Made by a program: the position numbers and the translations under genes | DNA from: Chrysochromulina tobinii | Taxonomy: Eukaryota | DNA length: 62,587 nucleotides | Assembly: GCA_001275005.1 (NCBI GenBank) | Contig: JWZX01002605.1 | Coordinates: forward strand, 1-62,587 | Direction of reading: 5' to 3' | The notes under the pieces: model-generated | What the model saw: the letters and a program-made list of their open reading frames with translations, nothing else | What the model was told of the DNA's origin: nothing | Databases searched by the model: none | Shown: positions 20,828 through 31,781 of the stretch, piece after piece | Layout of the letters: the number at the start of each line of letters is the position of its first letter | How positions within the stretch are numbered: position 1 is the first letter of the stretch

Positions 20828-21859
20828 ATGGACGTCATGGACGGTGATTCGCTCATCATGGTGTTTTCGAAGCTAAGCTCATTGGTCGACATGGTGTCTG
20901 CGAGCCTTGTTTGCCGGGCGTGGGCCACTGCGGCTCGGGTGGAACAGTCTTGGGAGTGCGCCTTCAAGACCGACTTTCCGTCGGAGCTGCACTCCGGGGT
21001 GTTCCAAGCGTTCGAGACCCTTGGAATCACGGGGTGGAAGACGCGCTGCAAGCTGCTCTGTCAACGCGTGAAGTCAATTTGTCCAAAGGGTGGCTGGGGG
21101 GGGCAGGACATCAAGGCCATGTACTCATTCGTCGTCTCGGTAGCTGACGCTGAGGGCAACGCCGTGTCATCTTCAGCGACGCAGTGCGCTCCACGATTCG
21201 ATTGGCGCTTCCCTGAGAGTCGTCCCGATGTCTACTTCCGCCTCGAGGCCTTATTCGATAATGAGGCTGTGCTGAACGTCGGCGCAAAGCATGACTGGTC
21301 GTACGACTGGCTTCACGCCGAGGGATCTGATGGGTTTGGAACAGCGACCGTCGATGTCTTTGTGCGCCGTTCGAGCGACGGAAGCGTTGCTCACCTCATG
21401 AAGTGCGACTTTGACTTCGAGAATCCACCCGATCGGGGAGAATTCGAAGGAGTCGTAATCAATCGTCACAGACGCGTCCCAAAGGATGCCATTGCCCCAC
21501 AGTATGGTGCCGATGAGGCACCTGAGCTAGCCATCTTTTTGGAGAACCGCAGCGTGAAGCCGCCATGGCTCGCACGGCTCCCGTGGCCATCACACCGAAA
21601 CGGAGTGGGTCGTTGGGCCGAAACTGATCCGGAGTGGGTCGTTGGACTGTCGGCGATTGCGAAGCCTCCACAGCCGCGAGAGCTCGACGACGACGACGAT
21701 GACGACGTTGAGGACGTAGAGGAGGCAAAGACTGGCAAGTGGACGGGCCTGCAGCTCGACTTCAGCTGGTCCGACTCCTCTGGCCATGGAGAGCACGAGC
21801 CTGTTGCAAACGATTTTATGGCACAAGCCCTTGCCGGCTGTGCGCTCCTGTGGGTCTGA
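20828..21859 (+). CDS. F-box domain protein
   Basis: N-terminal DSLIMVFSKL..DMVSASLVCRAWATAARVEQSW fits the F-box consensus, followed by GWKTRCK; C-terminal region not recognised. Confidence 0.7.
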   Translation: MDVMDGDSLIMVFSKLSSLVDMVSASLVCRAWATAARVEQSWECAFKTDFPSELHSGVFQAFETLGITGWKTRCKLLCQRVKSICPKGGWGGQDIKAMYSFVVSVADAEGNAVSSSATQCAPRFDWRFPESRPDVYFRLEALFDNEAVLNVGAKHDWSYDWLHAEGSDGFGTATVDVFVRRSSDGSVAHLMKCDFDFENPPDRGEFEGVVINRHRRVPKDAIAPQYGADEAPELAIFLENRSVKPPWLARLPWPSHRNGVGRWAETDPEWVVGLSAIAKPPQPRELDDDDDDDVEDVEEAKTGKWTGLQLDFSWSDSSGHGEHEPVANDFMAQALAGCALLWV

Positions 21860-22529
21860 GCCGCGCCCGTTCGGTTTGAGCCTACCGACCCGGAGACGCT
21901 CAAGAGCTCTCATCTCGTGCGCGGCCGCGCCGGGTGCGGGTCTGGTACATGCCAGACCGAAGATGTGTGTCGAGACCGAAATACACAGTCTGACATTTTG
22001 ACGCACAATGTGCTTGACTCGGTGACTCGGAGACATTCGTAATATGATCGGTAATACGTTGAGGCGAGGCGGACAGGAGGGTTTTGCGTGTGTACCTGTG
22101 TTGCGGGGGACGAAAGCTTAATTGAGGATGAGGTGCGGCAAAAAGCAGCCTCGCCACCTGGCCGAGTGCCGCACCTCACCCTTCGCTTGTACGCTTGTAC
22201 GTGTGGTGTCGCTCTCCGCGGCTCTGTGCGTATACGTGGCCTCGTGGGCGCTGGGCGGACGGGACGCTGGACGTAGCCACGCGCCGGACGACCAGATCGC
22301 CAGAATGAGATATCGTGTTTGGCCCGGCCCCCGCGGGCAGCTAAGCGGCAGCTTTGTCGCGCTGCCTCCCCGCAGGCTGGCGCGGACGTTCGACTCGCGG
22401 ATCTCGGTCCTTCAAATGTCTCGAAAAGCATGCACGAGTCAAACTGGACGACTCGGTTAGAGCGTTAGTCAGGTACACGATCGCTCGATTGGAGCTGTGA
22501 GCATGATGAGTAAGAATCAAGCAAAAGCA

Positions 22530-25500
22530 CTACAAAGCCGACTCGGACGACCATGGTGCACGGCTCGCGCTGGAGACGTGGCCAAGGGCTTCTTGAGAGG
22601 AGCGAGAGGAGCGATCGCGCTGCAGAAACGGGTTGTTGGAAACGGGGCGTCCGGCTGCAGCAGCACCGCCCTGGCGACGTCCTTCGGGTGTTGGCGCGGG
22701 CTCGTTCTTGAGGGCCTTGAGGGGCTGCCGAGCCTGCGTGCCTTGAGCGTATGCCTCGTTACGAGCCCGTGCCCAGTGCGATTGCGGGGGCGATGCGGCC
22801 GACAGGGAGGCCTCGGCAGCGTCACGCGCCACCTCGAGCTCGTATCGCGTCCTTGGAGGCGAAAGTTCCGTGCGCACGCTCGGTGTGAGCTCGCCTTCGT
22901 CGACGGTGAACGCACTCACCACTTCGCTCTGCTGGGCGGCGCTCAGCCGGGAGGCCGAGCTGGGCGTGTTCGGCGCAGTGCTGTAGGTGGGGAAGGCGGC
23001 GGGACTGACACCGGCACGCGCCTCACGCTGCACGTCCCTCTGGAGCGTCGCCACATCCACGGCCACCGTCTCCATGGCCGCTGCCCGTGCCTCGGCTGTG
23101 CGCGCGCGCGCGCTCGCCTTCCCCACCTCCGACACCATCGCCTTGGCCTCCGCCTCGGCCGCCGCCGCTCGCGCCTGCCACATCTCGAGCTGATGACGCG
23201 CCTCATCGCGCTGACGCTGGTACTTGGCGGCGTCCGCGTTGGCGCGGTCGACGCTGCTAGTGGCGCGCGCGGCGAGCTCGGCGAGGTCGGAGGTGAAGCT
23301 CTTGGCCATCGTGCGCAGCTCGGACGCGACTGTACCACGCAGGCGCACCACATCGTCCTTGAGCAGGCTCGTGGACGTTGCCAGCCGCCCCGAGGCCGAC
23401 TTCACCTTGGCCCGGCGCAGGCGCTCGGTTCCGGTCAGATGGCGCGTGCGCACGTCGTACTCTTCGACGGTCTGGCGGCGCTGGTGCATCCATTGCTTGC
23501 GCTGCTCCTCGTGCGTTGCCATCAGCGCATGCAGCCGCTCCTGGAAGGTGTCCTCGATAGCAGCGGGCAGCTGGAGAGCCTCCTCGTGCGCCGCTCGAAG
23601 CGCGTGGAGCGCCTCGGTCAGCTGAGCCACGTTCGCCCGCTCGTGCTCCAGCGCCAGCTCGGTCTGCTGGGCGCTCTCGACGATCTCGTTGCCAGCCACT
23701 TCCATCTTCTCGAGCTGGGCGCGCGTCGCGACGAGCGCGCTGTGTCGCTCGGCCGCCGCTGCCTCGCTCGCATCCGCCGCCGCCTGCGCCGTTGCCGTCG
23801 CCTGATACAGGGTGTTGAACTTGGCCTCCCACTTCTCCCGCTCCGCCGCCAGCTCCGCCGTGGCCTCCGCCAGCTTCGCCTTTGCGCCGTTGAGCTCGTC
23901 GGCGAGCGCCGCGCGCGCCGCCTCGGCCTCTCGCGCCTTGGAGAAGGCGTTCTCTGCCTCCGAGCGTCTCTTCGACTGCTCGGACTCGGTGAGCTTCGAC
24001 GCTTGCTCGCCTGAGGCCTTGAGCTCCTTGATGACGGCCATCGCCTGGTCTTTCGTGCGCTGCTCGAGCTCCTTGGAGGCCTTGACTGCCTGCGCGGCCG
24101 CCGCCTCAGCGAGGGTCGCGCGCCGCGCCGCCTTGTCGCACTCCCCTTGCACCTTCCCGAGCCGCGTGTTGGCTTCTTCGGCCAACGCCACTGCCCTCGC
24201 GAGCTCCTCCTTGTAACGGTCTCGCTCCGCTTCGGCCGCCGCACGCGCGCGTCCCTCATCAGCCTTGCACGCGTCGAGCTGCGCCTCGGCCCTCTCCAAG
24301 GCCGCCTGCAGCCGGTAGAGCTCCTTGTCGCTCTCCCTACTTTGCTCGCTCAGACGGAGCACCTCCGCCGCCGCCGTCCCTGCGGCTGCTGCCTCCTTCT
24401 CGGCTTCGCGCTGCGCCCTGTTCGCCTCACGCTTTGCGGCGGCGGCCTCCTTCTCGGCCGCATCCGCGCGCGCCGCCATCTCCCTGCTCAGGTTCTGGAG
24501 TGAGTCTGCATGCTCATTGGCCGCCGCCCGCGCCGCCTTCGATTCGATGAGCGCCGCGTCGCGCTCCGCCTGCGCCGCATACACGGCGGCCTGCGCCGCC
24601 GCCGCCTGCGACGCGTGCGACGAGCCGGTCGCGGCCGCGGCCGCCGCTCGCTTGGCCTCGCTCAACTCGCGCTCTCGCGACTCGATGGCCGCCTTCTGGG
24701 CCGCCGCCTCCTTGTCCCGGAGCACTGCGCATTCGGCCTCGATACGCTGCTTGTCGGCCTCGGCGCGCTGCTTGTCGGCCGCCACCATCGCCGCCGCGTG
24801 CTTGCTGGAAGTCGCCTCCTCCGCCGCCTTCGCCGCCAAGGCCGTCGCTTCCGCGCAGGCAGCTTCCGCTTTCGCCCGCGCCGCCGTCGCCTCCTCCGCT
24901 TGTCGAGTGAGGTGCTGCAGCTGCGCGCGGAGCTGCCACTCAGTGCGCCCGGCCTCGGTCGCCGCCTCGTTGACCGCCTCGTTGACTGCGTCCTGGACGG
25001 CGCGCTCCATCGCCGCGGCACACGAGAGCCGAACCTCGTGCAGCCTCGCCTTCCACTGCTCAGCGACGTGCTCCACCGCTGCGCCCACCTGACGCGCCGC
25101 CTCCGCCTCCATCTCGAGCTTGTGCACGTCACGCCGCACCCAGCGCTCCTCTACCTCCTTCCAGATCGCCTCGCGCTTTGCCTCGACCGCGGCCGCCTGC
25201 GTCGCCTCCGCCACGCGCGCCGCCTCGGCCGCCGCCTGCGCCGCCGCCTCCGCTTGGGCCCTGTGCGCCGCCGCCGCCTGCGCCTCGAGCGCTTGCTGCT
25301 GCTGCTCGAGCCGGCCGAGCTGCTCGTGCTGCCACTGCTGGTGCTGCTCGTGCTGCCACTGCTCCCGCTCCGCCGCCCGGTCGCGCTCCTCGTCGAGCGC
25401 GGCCTGAGCCGCCGCGAGCTGTGCGCCCGTCTCATCGAGCATCTCGCGTGCTCGAGTGAGCTCGTCCTCCGCGTCACCGATGGCGTGCTGGAGCGTCTGG

Positions 25501-27059
25501 CTGTGCTGCAGCGCGCTGGCGAGCTGCGCCTGGTCCTGCGCGCGTTCGGCAGCCACCGTCGTGAGCGCATTCCTGAGCGCCTGCTCCGCCTGCGCGGTCG
25601 CTTGTTGCCGCTCGGCGCCCACGGCCTCCTCCAGCTGCTTCGCAAACGCCGCGCGCAGCGAGCCGATGAGCGACGCCTGCTGCTCGACCGCCCGCTGCAC
25701 CCTGCCCACGCGCTCGTCGCTCGAGGCGGCCAGCTCCGCGTTGAGCGCGCGCTGCTCCGCGAGCGCCGCCTCGAGCGCCTCGGCCGCCCCGCGCCAGCGC
25801 AGCAGCTCATTCGTCAACTCCTTGAACTGCTCCGCCGCGGCGGCCGCCTCGGCTTGGCGCGCCTTCGCCTCGGCCTGCGCGGCGCCGACCGCCTCGGCGA
25901 GCGCCTCCCTGGCGACCTCGATGGCCATCGAGGCCTGAGCCTGCGCCTGCGCCTGCGCCTCCTCGCGCGCGCTCGCAATCTGCGGCACGTAGGCTTCACG
26001 AGCCGCGATGGCCGCCTCGCGCTCAGCGTGCGCGATCGCCTGCAGTGCCTGCGACGTTTCGAGCTGACGGCTGCTCTCGACGAACCGGAGCGACTCGAGC
26101 GCGGCCGAGAGCTCGAGCTGTAGCCGCTGCACCGTCTCCCTGTACGCCGCCTCGCGCCCACTGCTCCCAAAGTCGCTCTCGAGCTCCATCAGGTCACGCA
26201 CCTTGTTGCCGAGCCGCTCGTGGCTGCTGCTGAGCGCCGCATGCTTCTCACGTGCCTCGGCCGCTTCGGCGCGCGCTGTGGCCGCTTCGGCTGTAGATGC
26301 GGCCGTGGCCGCTGCCACGGCTGCCCCGACCGCATCGGCGCTTCGCCGCCGCTCGGCCGCCACCGCCGCGGCCGCGGCCTCGGCTGCGTCGGCCGCGGCC
26401 GCAGCCGCCGCCTCCGCCTGAAGGGTGGCGTTCTGCGCGTGGCGCACCTCGGCCTCCTGCGCGGCGGAGTATGCCTCAGCATCTGCGAGGCTGCGCTGCA
26501 GTGCTCGCACCTGCGCCAGCAGCGACGTGCTCTCGTGCCGCTGCTCGAGCTGCAGCCGCGCGTGCGCCTCCGACTTCTGTGCATGCGATGTGCACTCGGC
26601 CGCTATGTACGCCGTCCGCGCCTCGTGCGCCGCCGCTTCGGCATCCTCGCGGGCGGCCGCCGCGGCCTGCAGCTGTGCGCGTAGGCTGAGCACCTCGCTC
26701 TGGCCCGCTGCGGCTGTCGAGGCAGCGGACTCTAGCAACGCGCTCGCCGCAGCGAGCTCCTGCCGTGTGAGCCATAGGTCCCTTTCAAGCTGGCGGCGAT
26801 CATCGGTCGCGGTCCTGAGCGCGGTCTCGAGCTCCGCGCGCTCGCTCGTCTGCGCCTGCAGTTGTTTTTCCAGTGACGCTGCAGCCTGCACGGCCTCGTC
26901 GGCGCGACCGGCCGCATCGGCGAGCCGCGGAAGCACCTCCTGTTGCCTTGAAATGAGCGCACGTGCCGCCTCAAGCTCAGACTTCAGGCTCTCGACGAGG
27001 CTATCTCTGCTAGGCGCTGTGCGCCCTGTCGGGGCCGGTGAGGCCTTCGCTGCCGGCAT
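22530..27059 (-). CDS. Long Ala/Glu/Gln-rich coiled-coil protein (1,509 aa), function unknown
   Basis: Uninterrupted ORF with continuous heptad-like composition; no globular domain recognised. Confidence 0.8.
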   Translation of the reverse strand: MPAAKASPAPTGRTAPSRDSLVESLKSELEAARALISRQQEVLPRLADAAGRADEAVQAAASLEKQLQAQTSERAELETALRTATDDRRQLERDLWLTRQELAAASALLESAASTAAAGQSEVLSLRAQLQAAAAAREDAEAAAHEARTAYIAAECTSHAQKSEAHARLQLEQRHESTSLLAQVRALQRSLADAEAYSAAQEAEVRHAQNATLQAEAAAAAAADAAEAAAAAVAAERRRSADAVGAAVAAATAASTAEAATARAEAAEAREKHAALSSSHERLGNKVRDLMELESDFGSSGREAAYRETVQRLQLELSAALESLRFVESSRQLETSQALQAIAHAEREAAIAAREAYVPQIASAREEAQAQAQAQASMAIEVAREALAEAVGAAQAEAKARQAEAAAAAEQFKELTNELLRWRGAAEALEAALAEQRALNAELAASSDERVGRVQRAVEQQASLIGSLRAAFAKQLEEAVGAERQQATAQAEQALRNALTTVAAERAQDQAQLASALQHSQTLQHAIGDAEDELTRAREMLDETGAQLAAAQAALDEERDRAAEREQWQHEQHQQWQHEQLGRLEQQQQALEAQAAAAHRAQAEAAAQAAAEAARVAEATQAAAVEAKREAIWKEVEERWVRRDVHKLEMEAEAARQVGAAVEHVAEQWKARLHEVRLSCAAAMERAVQDAVNEAVNEAATEAGRTEWQLRAQLQHLTRQAEEATAARAKAEAACAEATALAAKAAEEATSSKHAAAMVAADKQRAEADKQRIEAECAVLRDKEAAAQKAAIESRERELSEAKRAAAAAATGSSHASQAAAAQAAVYAAQAERDAALIESKAARAAANEHADSLQNLSREMAARADAAEKEAAAAKREANRAQREAEKEAAAAGTAAAEVLRLSEQSRESDKELYRLQAALERAEAQLDACKADEGRARAAAEAERDRYKEELARAVALAEEANTRLGKVQGECDKAARRATLAEAAAAQAVKASKELEQRTKDQAMAVIKELKASGEQASKLTESEQSKRRSEAENAFSKAREAEAARAALADELNGAKAKLAEATAELAAEREKWEAKFNTLYQATATAQAAADASEAAAAERHSALVATRAQLEKMEVAGNEIVESAQQTELALEHERANVAQLTEALHALRAAHEEALQLPAAIEDTFQERLHALMATHEEQRKQWMHQRRQTVEEYDVRTRHLTGTERLRRAKVKSASGRLATSTSLLKDDVVRLRGTVASELRTMAKSFTSDLAELAARATSSVDRANADAAKYQRQRDEARHQLEMWQARAAAAEAEAKAMVSEVGKASARARTAEARAAAMETVAVDVATLQRDVQREARAGVSPAAFPTYSTAPNTPSSASRLSAAQQSEVVSAFTVDEGELTPSVRTELSPPRTRYELEVARDAAEASLSAASPPQSHWARARNEAYAQGTQARQPLKALKNEPAPTPEGRRQGGAAAAGRPVSNNPFLQRDRSSRSSQEALGHVSSASRAPWSSESAL

Positions 27060-27314
27060 TGCCTGTGCCGTCTTGGGCGGGTGCAGTGGCGGGTACAGCC
27101 GCCGCGTGAACTGCGCGTGAAGCGTGAAAGGGCAACACCCGCTAGCTAGTGACCCGGTCGCTGCCTGCTACATGTATGAATGAGCAACAATCGATAAAAC
27201 ATTATATACATAGGACTTCCCAAAATCTTCCGCGTCGTCCCGGTTTCCTAAACATGCTGCTCTTGTGCTCGGGGTCCCGAAGACGTGCGCGTTGTGTTTC
27301 ACAGCAGCAGCAGC

Positions 27315-27938
27315 ATGCCGCTCTCCCTGTGGCTCGTGCCTGATCAGCCTTCGCAAAGAGCACTGCAGGACAAGATCAAGGGGCTGGCAACGGCGCACGG
27401 CCTGCCTGACTTCAAAGCTCACCTCACGCTCATCGGCACTCTAGATGACACGCCTGAGGAGGCCATGCGGAAGCTGCAGCGGCTGCGCGCATCCGGAGTG
27501 GTGCCCGTGACTTTCAACGCGGTCGTAGCAGGACGCTTTCCAGATGACCACGAGCGGGCCGGCAAGGTTCCGTGGTCTCAGAGCGCCGCAGCGTGCGCCG
27601 AGGAGTCGCCCGAGCTTCTCTGCATCAAGCGCCTGGCGGACAGTGTCTACACCGGCTGGGCTGAGCCTTCTTCACCGCTGGGAAGCGCCAGTGAGGGCAA
27701 TCATGTACCAGCCGTGTGGGCGCCGCCGCTTGGGCGCCCCCACGTTTCTCTCGCTTATGGTAATGATCCGTCGATATGCGAAGATATCGAAGTGCCGAAG
27801 CCGATTTGTTGCGACGCTGTCGCTGTCTTCGACTGCACGCCAGCCACGGCCGAGGGCAGCACCGAATGGAAGGAAATTGCGCGCGTTTCGCTCCACTACG
27901 ACCCTGTCGGCACGCCGCGCGTGTCGATGCGCGCTTGA
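27315..27938 (+). CDS. 2H phosphoesterase / cyclic phosphodiesterase (CPDase-like)
   Basis: SLWLVP start and two HxT/S motifs (FKAHLTLIG, PHVSLAYG), ending WKEIARVSL as in plant/fungal CPDases. Confidence 0.85.
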   Translation: MPLSLWLVPDQPSQRALQDKIKGLATAHGLPDFKAHLTLIGTLDDTPEEAMRKLQRLRASGVVPVTFNAVVAGRFPDDHERAGKVPWSQSAAACAEESPELLCIKRLADSVYTGWAEPSSPLGSASEGNHVPAVWAPPLGRPHVSLAYGNDPSICEDIEVPKPICCDAVAVFDCTPATAEGSTEWKEIARVSLHYDPVGTPRVSMRA

Positions 27939-28327
27939 TATGAACCGAACGTGTCCGCCAATCGTGGGCACTTAACTTAAGGTGGGCCATTTAATGGACG
28001 AGAGCAATCAGAAGGAGAACGTGAAGGCCGTCGCTCCGTGTCCCTCGCCAAGAGCTCGATGAGAGTGTGGAGCTGTTGGACTGCTCCCACCATCCATGGC
28101 CCAATTGAACTTGGTCCGTCGCTTCAATGCGACAATGGTGAACGAAAAAGGGAACCAGATGAATGTGTCAGTAACCTCCGTGATTTATCGGAAGAGACGA
28201 GTAAGTTTGTGAGACGGTGCAGGTCGCCACTTTTCTAGTTTTTAACGCGCCAGTTCGATGTTTGGGCGTTACAAAACTTGACGAGACTTCTTTGTCTCCG
28301 ACGCGCGCGAACGATCCACTCGGAATT

Positions 28328-29308
28328 ATGAGCACCCCACGGGAGTCACGCATAGTGCAGCCCAATTCGCCCGGTCATCTCAGACCAGGCCACGACCTGG
28401 TGAGCCTCAAGATAACTCAATCGCAGGCCTCGAGAGATTCCCACGGCCACGTCGATTGGAGTGCGAGCCGTCCTAGCGTGAAGCCCGAAGGCCCGCCGCA
28501 CGTCGGCTCGCGGGATGAGCTGGTGCGCGAGAATCGGGCGCTCTTCAAGAAGCTCGTAGGCGCACAGAAAGAGGCGCAGGCCGCCATGGAGATGCTGAAC
28601 AACCTCAAGCAGGGCGGCGAGGCTGCTATGGGGAATGCCCGCACTGAACGTGTTACCCTTGAGACGGTGATCTCAGGGCTGCACGACGAGCTGGAGGCGA
28701 CGCGCGCGGCAGCGGCGGAGGAAGCAGCGCGGCTGCAGGCAGCGCTCGACACGTGCCGAGCTGAGCTGCATGCGTGTAACGAGCGGCTCGCGCGCACGCA
28801 CGCAACCCTCGGGCTCACGACGGAGCGTGCGCGCGTGCTCGAGTCGAGCAGAGGCCAGCTGCAGATCAACCTGGACGGCACGCTCACGACGCTCGAGGAG
28901 GCGACACGCCGGCACGCTCAGGAGCAGGCCGAGTTGAAACACGCGCGCGCCGCGCGCGAGGCGGAGCTGCTGCAGACGATACACCAGGCGGAGCTTCGTG
29001 CGAAGGCGTCCGAGGTGAAGGCGGAGGTAGCTCTCAAGCGAGCGAGGCGTTTTGAGGAGGAGCTGGCGCTCGCACGGCGTGCGCACCTGGACGAGAAGCT
29101 CGCGCTCACCCACGAGCTCGAGCGGTTCGCCGACCGGCTGGCCGTCGTCGAGGGTTCGCGGCTCGACCCGACCCATATCGGAAACGTCGCCTTCGCGGCG
29201 CAGATGCGCGGCCGCCCCTCTTCCGCCTCAGTGCCCACTACGCTGCTGCGTGGACGGTACCAGCGCATGGTGCCACCGCAGATGATGGCCTCGCCTGCGC
29301 CCGCCTAA
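28328..29308 (+). CDS. Coiled-coil protein, unknown function
   Basis: ORF with extended heptad-like E/A/L/R content; ATG at 28328. Confidence 0.65.
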   Translation: MSTPRESRIVQPNSPGHLRPGHDLVSLKITQSQASRDSHGHVDWSASRPSVKPEGPPHVGSRDELVRENRALFKKLVGAQKEAQAAMEMLNNLKQGGEAAMGNARTERVTLETVISGLHDELEATRAAAAEEAARLQAALDTCRAELHACNERLARTHATLGLTTERARVLESSRGQLQINLDGTLTTLEEATRRHAQEQAELKHARAAREAELLQTIHQAELRAKASEVKAEVALKRARRFEEELALARRAHLDEKLALTHELERFADRLAVVEGSRLDPTHIGNVAFAAQMRGRPSSASVPTTLLRGRYQRMVPPQMMASPAPA

Positions 29309-29648
29309 ACAAGCAGGCGCGTGGTTCTCGGTCCCGAGGCATGGGGCCTCGGCTCCGAGGCAGAGGCGCGACGGCACGTCGCGCGACCCCGTCCGATACA
29401 CGGCTGTGTGTACAGTACGCGTGTACGGCGGTCGTCGACGACCCGCGCGCGCCCGATCCGGGGATAATCGGGTACGCGCGAATTACCTCAGAAGGGGCGG
29501 CGGCGGGCGCGGCGTCGCGTGCATGAAAGAGCGGTAGACGGGGATGGAGCGGCACATTCGTATACTATCCCGCAACCTTCGTGGGCTTCCGTGGCCCTCA
29601 TTCACACTCTGATTTTCACAGTCACGAGGACTTCCGCGAGCGAGCGCG

Positions 29649-31302
29649 ATGCTCATCGCGGTCGAGGGCTGCGCACACGGCGAGCTCGACAACATCTACG
29701 CCTCGCTCGCAGCCGTCGAGCAGCGGCACGGCTGCAAAGTGGACCTGCTGCTCATTTGCGGCGATTTCCAGGCGGTGCGCAATGCGGCCGACCTTGCCTG
29801 CATGGCGTGCCCGCCCAAGTACCGTGCGATGCAGACCTTCTACAAGTACTACTCGGGCGAGAAAATCGCACCCGTGCTCACAATATTCATTGGTGGCAAC
29901 CACGAGGCTAGCGCGCACTTGTGTGAGCTGTGCTACGGCGGCTGGGCCGCGCCCAATATCTATTACTTGGGCAGCGCCGGTGTTGTCAACGTGGGTGGTG
30001 TGCGTATCGGCGGCCTCTCGGGCATCTACAAGAGCAACCACTACAACCAGGGCCACCACGAGCGTCCTCCCTTTGACGAGGACTCGATGCGTTCCTTTTA
30101 CCACGTGCGCGAGACTGATGTCTTCCGGCTGCGCCAGCTGCGCAAGCCGATGGACGTGTTCCTCTCACACGATTGGCCCCAGCACATCGCCAAGCACGGC
30201 GACACGCAGGGCCTCGTGCGCCGCAAGTCCTTCTTGCAGCCCGAGATTGCGGATGGCTCGCTCGGCTCGCCGCCCGCCGCACAGCTACTGCACGCGCTCC
30301 GTCCGCGTTATTGGTTCTCGGCGCATCTGCACGTCAAGTTTGCTGCGGCAGTCAATCATAGGGCTCTGATCAGCGGCGGCGCCGCCGCCGCCAGCACTGC
30401 CGCCAGCACTGCCGCCAACGCCGCCGCGGGCGCGAGCGCGGCTGCTACGAACGACGTGACCAGATTCCTCGCCCTGGGCAAGTGCAACGTCCGTGGCGAC
30501 TTCCTCCAGCTCGTCGAGATCGAGGGCGATGGGAAGTCGGGTCCCCACGTGCTCTGCTACGACGCTGAGTGGCTTGCCGTGCTGCGCGCCACGGCACATC
30601 TCGAGAGCGGCATACGTGGCCGCGTGGACCTCCGGCCCGCGGCGGTGGCTGCTGTCTCCAACGGCAGGATTGACTTTGGGCCCACCCTCGAGGAGGAGGC
30701 GGAGGTGCGGCAGCGCGGCGGCGTGGCCCTCGAGGTGCATCTGAACTTCGAGCTCGATCTCTGATCCCTCTGATGACCTCTGATCGCCTCTGATGACATC
30801 TGATGGTCTGCCTCATCAGGTGCCTCTGAACTTCGAGCCCACCGCGGCCGCCTACGTGCCTGGCGAGTCCATCGTGGCGCCGCAGACCCCCTTTGCCGAA
30901 CACCCGCAGACGCTGCTCCTCGTGCACAAGTTTGGGCTCGCGCCCGACTTTCGCACGCGGCGAGGCGCTACACAGCCGGATCTCGCACAGGCGGGATCGA
31001 CTGCCACTGCGGCTGGCGGCGGCGGCTTTGGAGTTGGCGGTGGAGGCAGCGGCGTGGGGGGCGGCTTTCGGCCGCCTCATCCGCCAGGGAGGCCCCCGCT
31101 TCAGCTGCCCGAGCCTGTGTCAGCCTCGCTGCCCGCACCGCCACCCCCTCCGTTCACACCCCCTCCGTTCACGGCGGATCCCGCAGGCTACGGTTACAAC
31201 CCGAGCCAGGCAGCCCGGTCGGCGCCGGCGCATGCGATGGGTTTGTTGGGAGCGCTGCCTGTGATGACACTCGACCAGGAGATTGACATTGACGACGATT
31301 GA
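29649..31302 (+). CDS. DBR1: RNA lariat debranching enzyme; exons 29649-30734 and 30820-31302
   Basis: [59 protein letters not shown] and YDAEWL motifs; the spliced product continues [12 protein letters not shown]. Confidence 0.96.
30735..30819 (+). other. 85-bp phase-0 intron with duplicated splice-site sequence and 10-bp TCTGATNNCC repeats
   Basis: Intron begins AG|GTGCATCTGAACTTCGAGC and the next exon begins AG|GTGCCTCTGAACTTCGAGC. Internal TCTGATCCC TCTGATGACC TCTGATCGCC TCTGATGACA TCTGATGG; ends CCTCATCAG. Confidence 0.88.
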
Positions 31303-31781
31303 CATCTTTCATAGAACCTCCCACGAATACAAGGATCTTGGAAGTTTACCACCTCGTTGCTGTGGCCCCGGGCCTGGGGAATCTCTCAAGTGGTCTCTTT
31401 CTCGCTTGACTTTTTGCTTGACGCCGAATGCCACGTCACGTTACACATCTGGACATCACGCCACTAGCCGGCCGCCGTTGCTGACACATGAGGATGAGCT
31501 TGAAATGCACACCACGGTGCTGGACGGTGCTGGACGGTGTCCTCCGCTGTCGGGTGGTGTCTAGAACAGTACAGAGTATCCCGGTCGAGTGCGGTCCCTG
31601 TGTGACGAGCGTGGGGCGCGGCCTGTCCATACCGCCACCGGCCTGCTTGGACCCACACCCGTTGAGCTGAAACTTGCAAATTGCGCATTAAAGACGGTGT
31701 TCAGGCCATGCATGCATTCGCGTTACGATCCTCACAACGTGCTGAAAAGAGAGAAGCGCACTGAAGCGGTCGGAAACGCAG

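Noticed and set aside
22497..27120. Long + strand ORFs (505, 537 aa etc.) and the many other overlapping ORFs window-wide
   Set aside because: Antisense or alternate-frame shadows of real GC-rich genes; low-complexity Arg/Ala/Ser translations with no motifs.
27315..31302. Apparent RNA-processing cluster (CPDase and DBR1, plus the distant TcdA-TatD)
   Set aside because: Separated by unrelated genes in a eukaryotic genome; no evidence for co-regulation, so likely chance.
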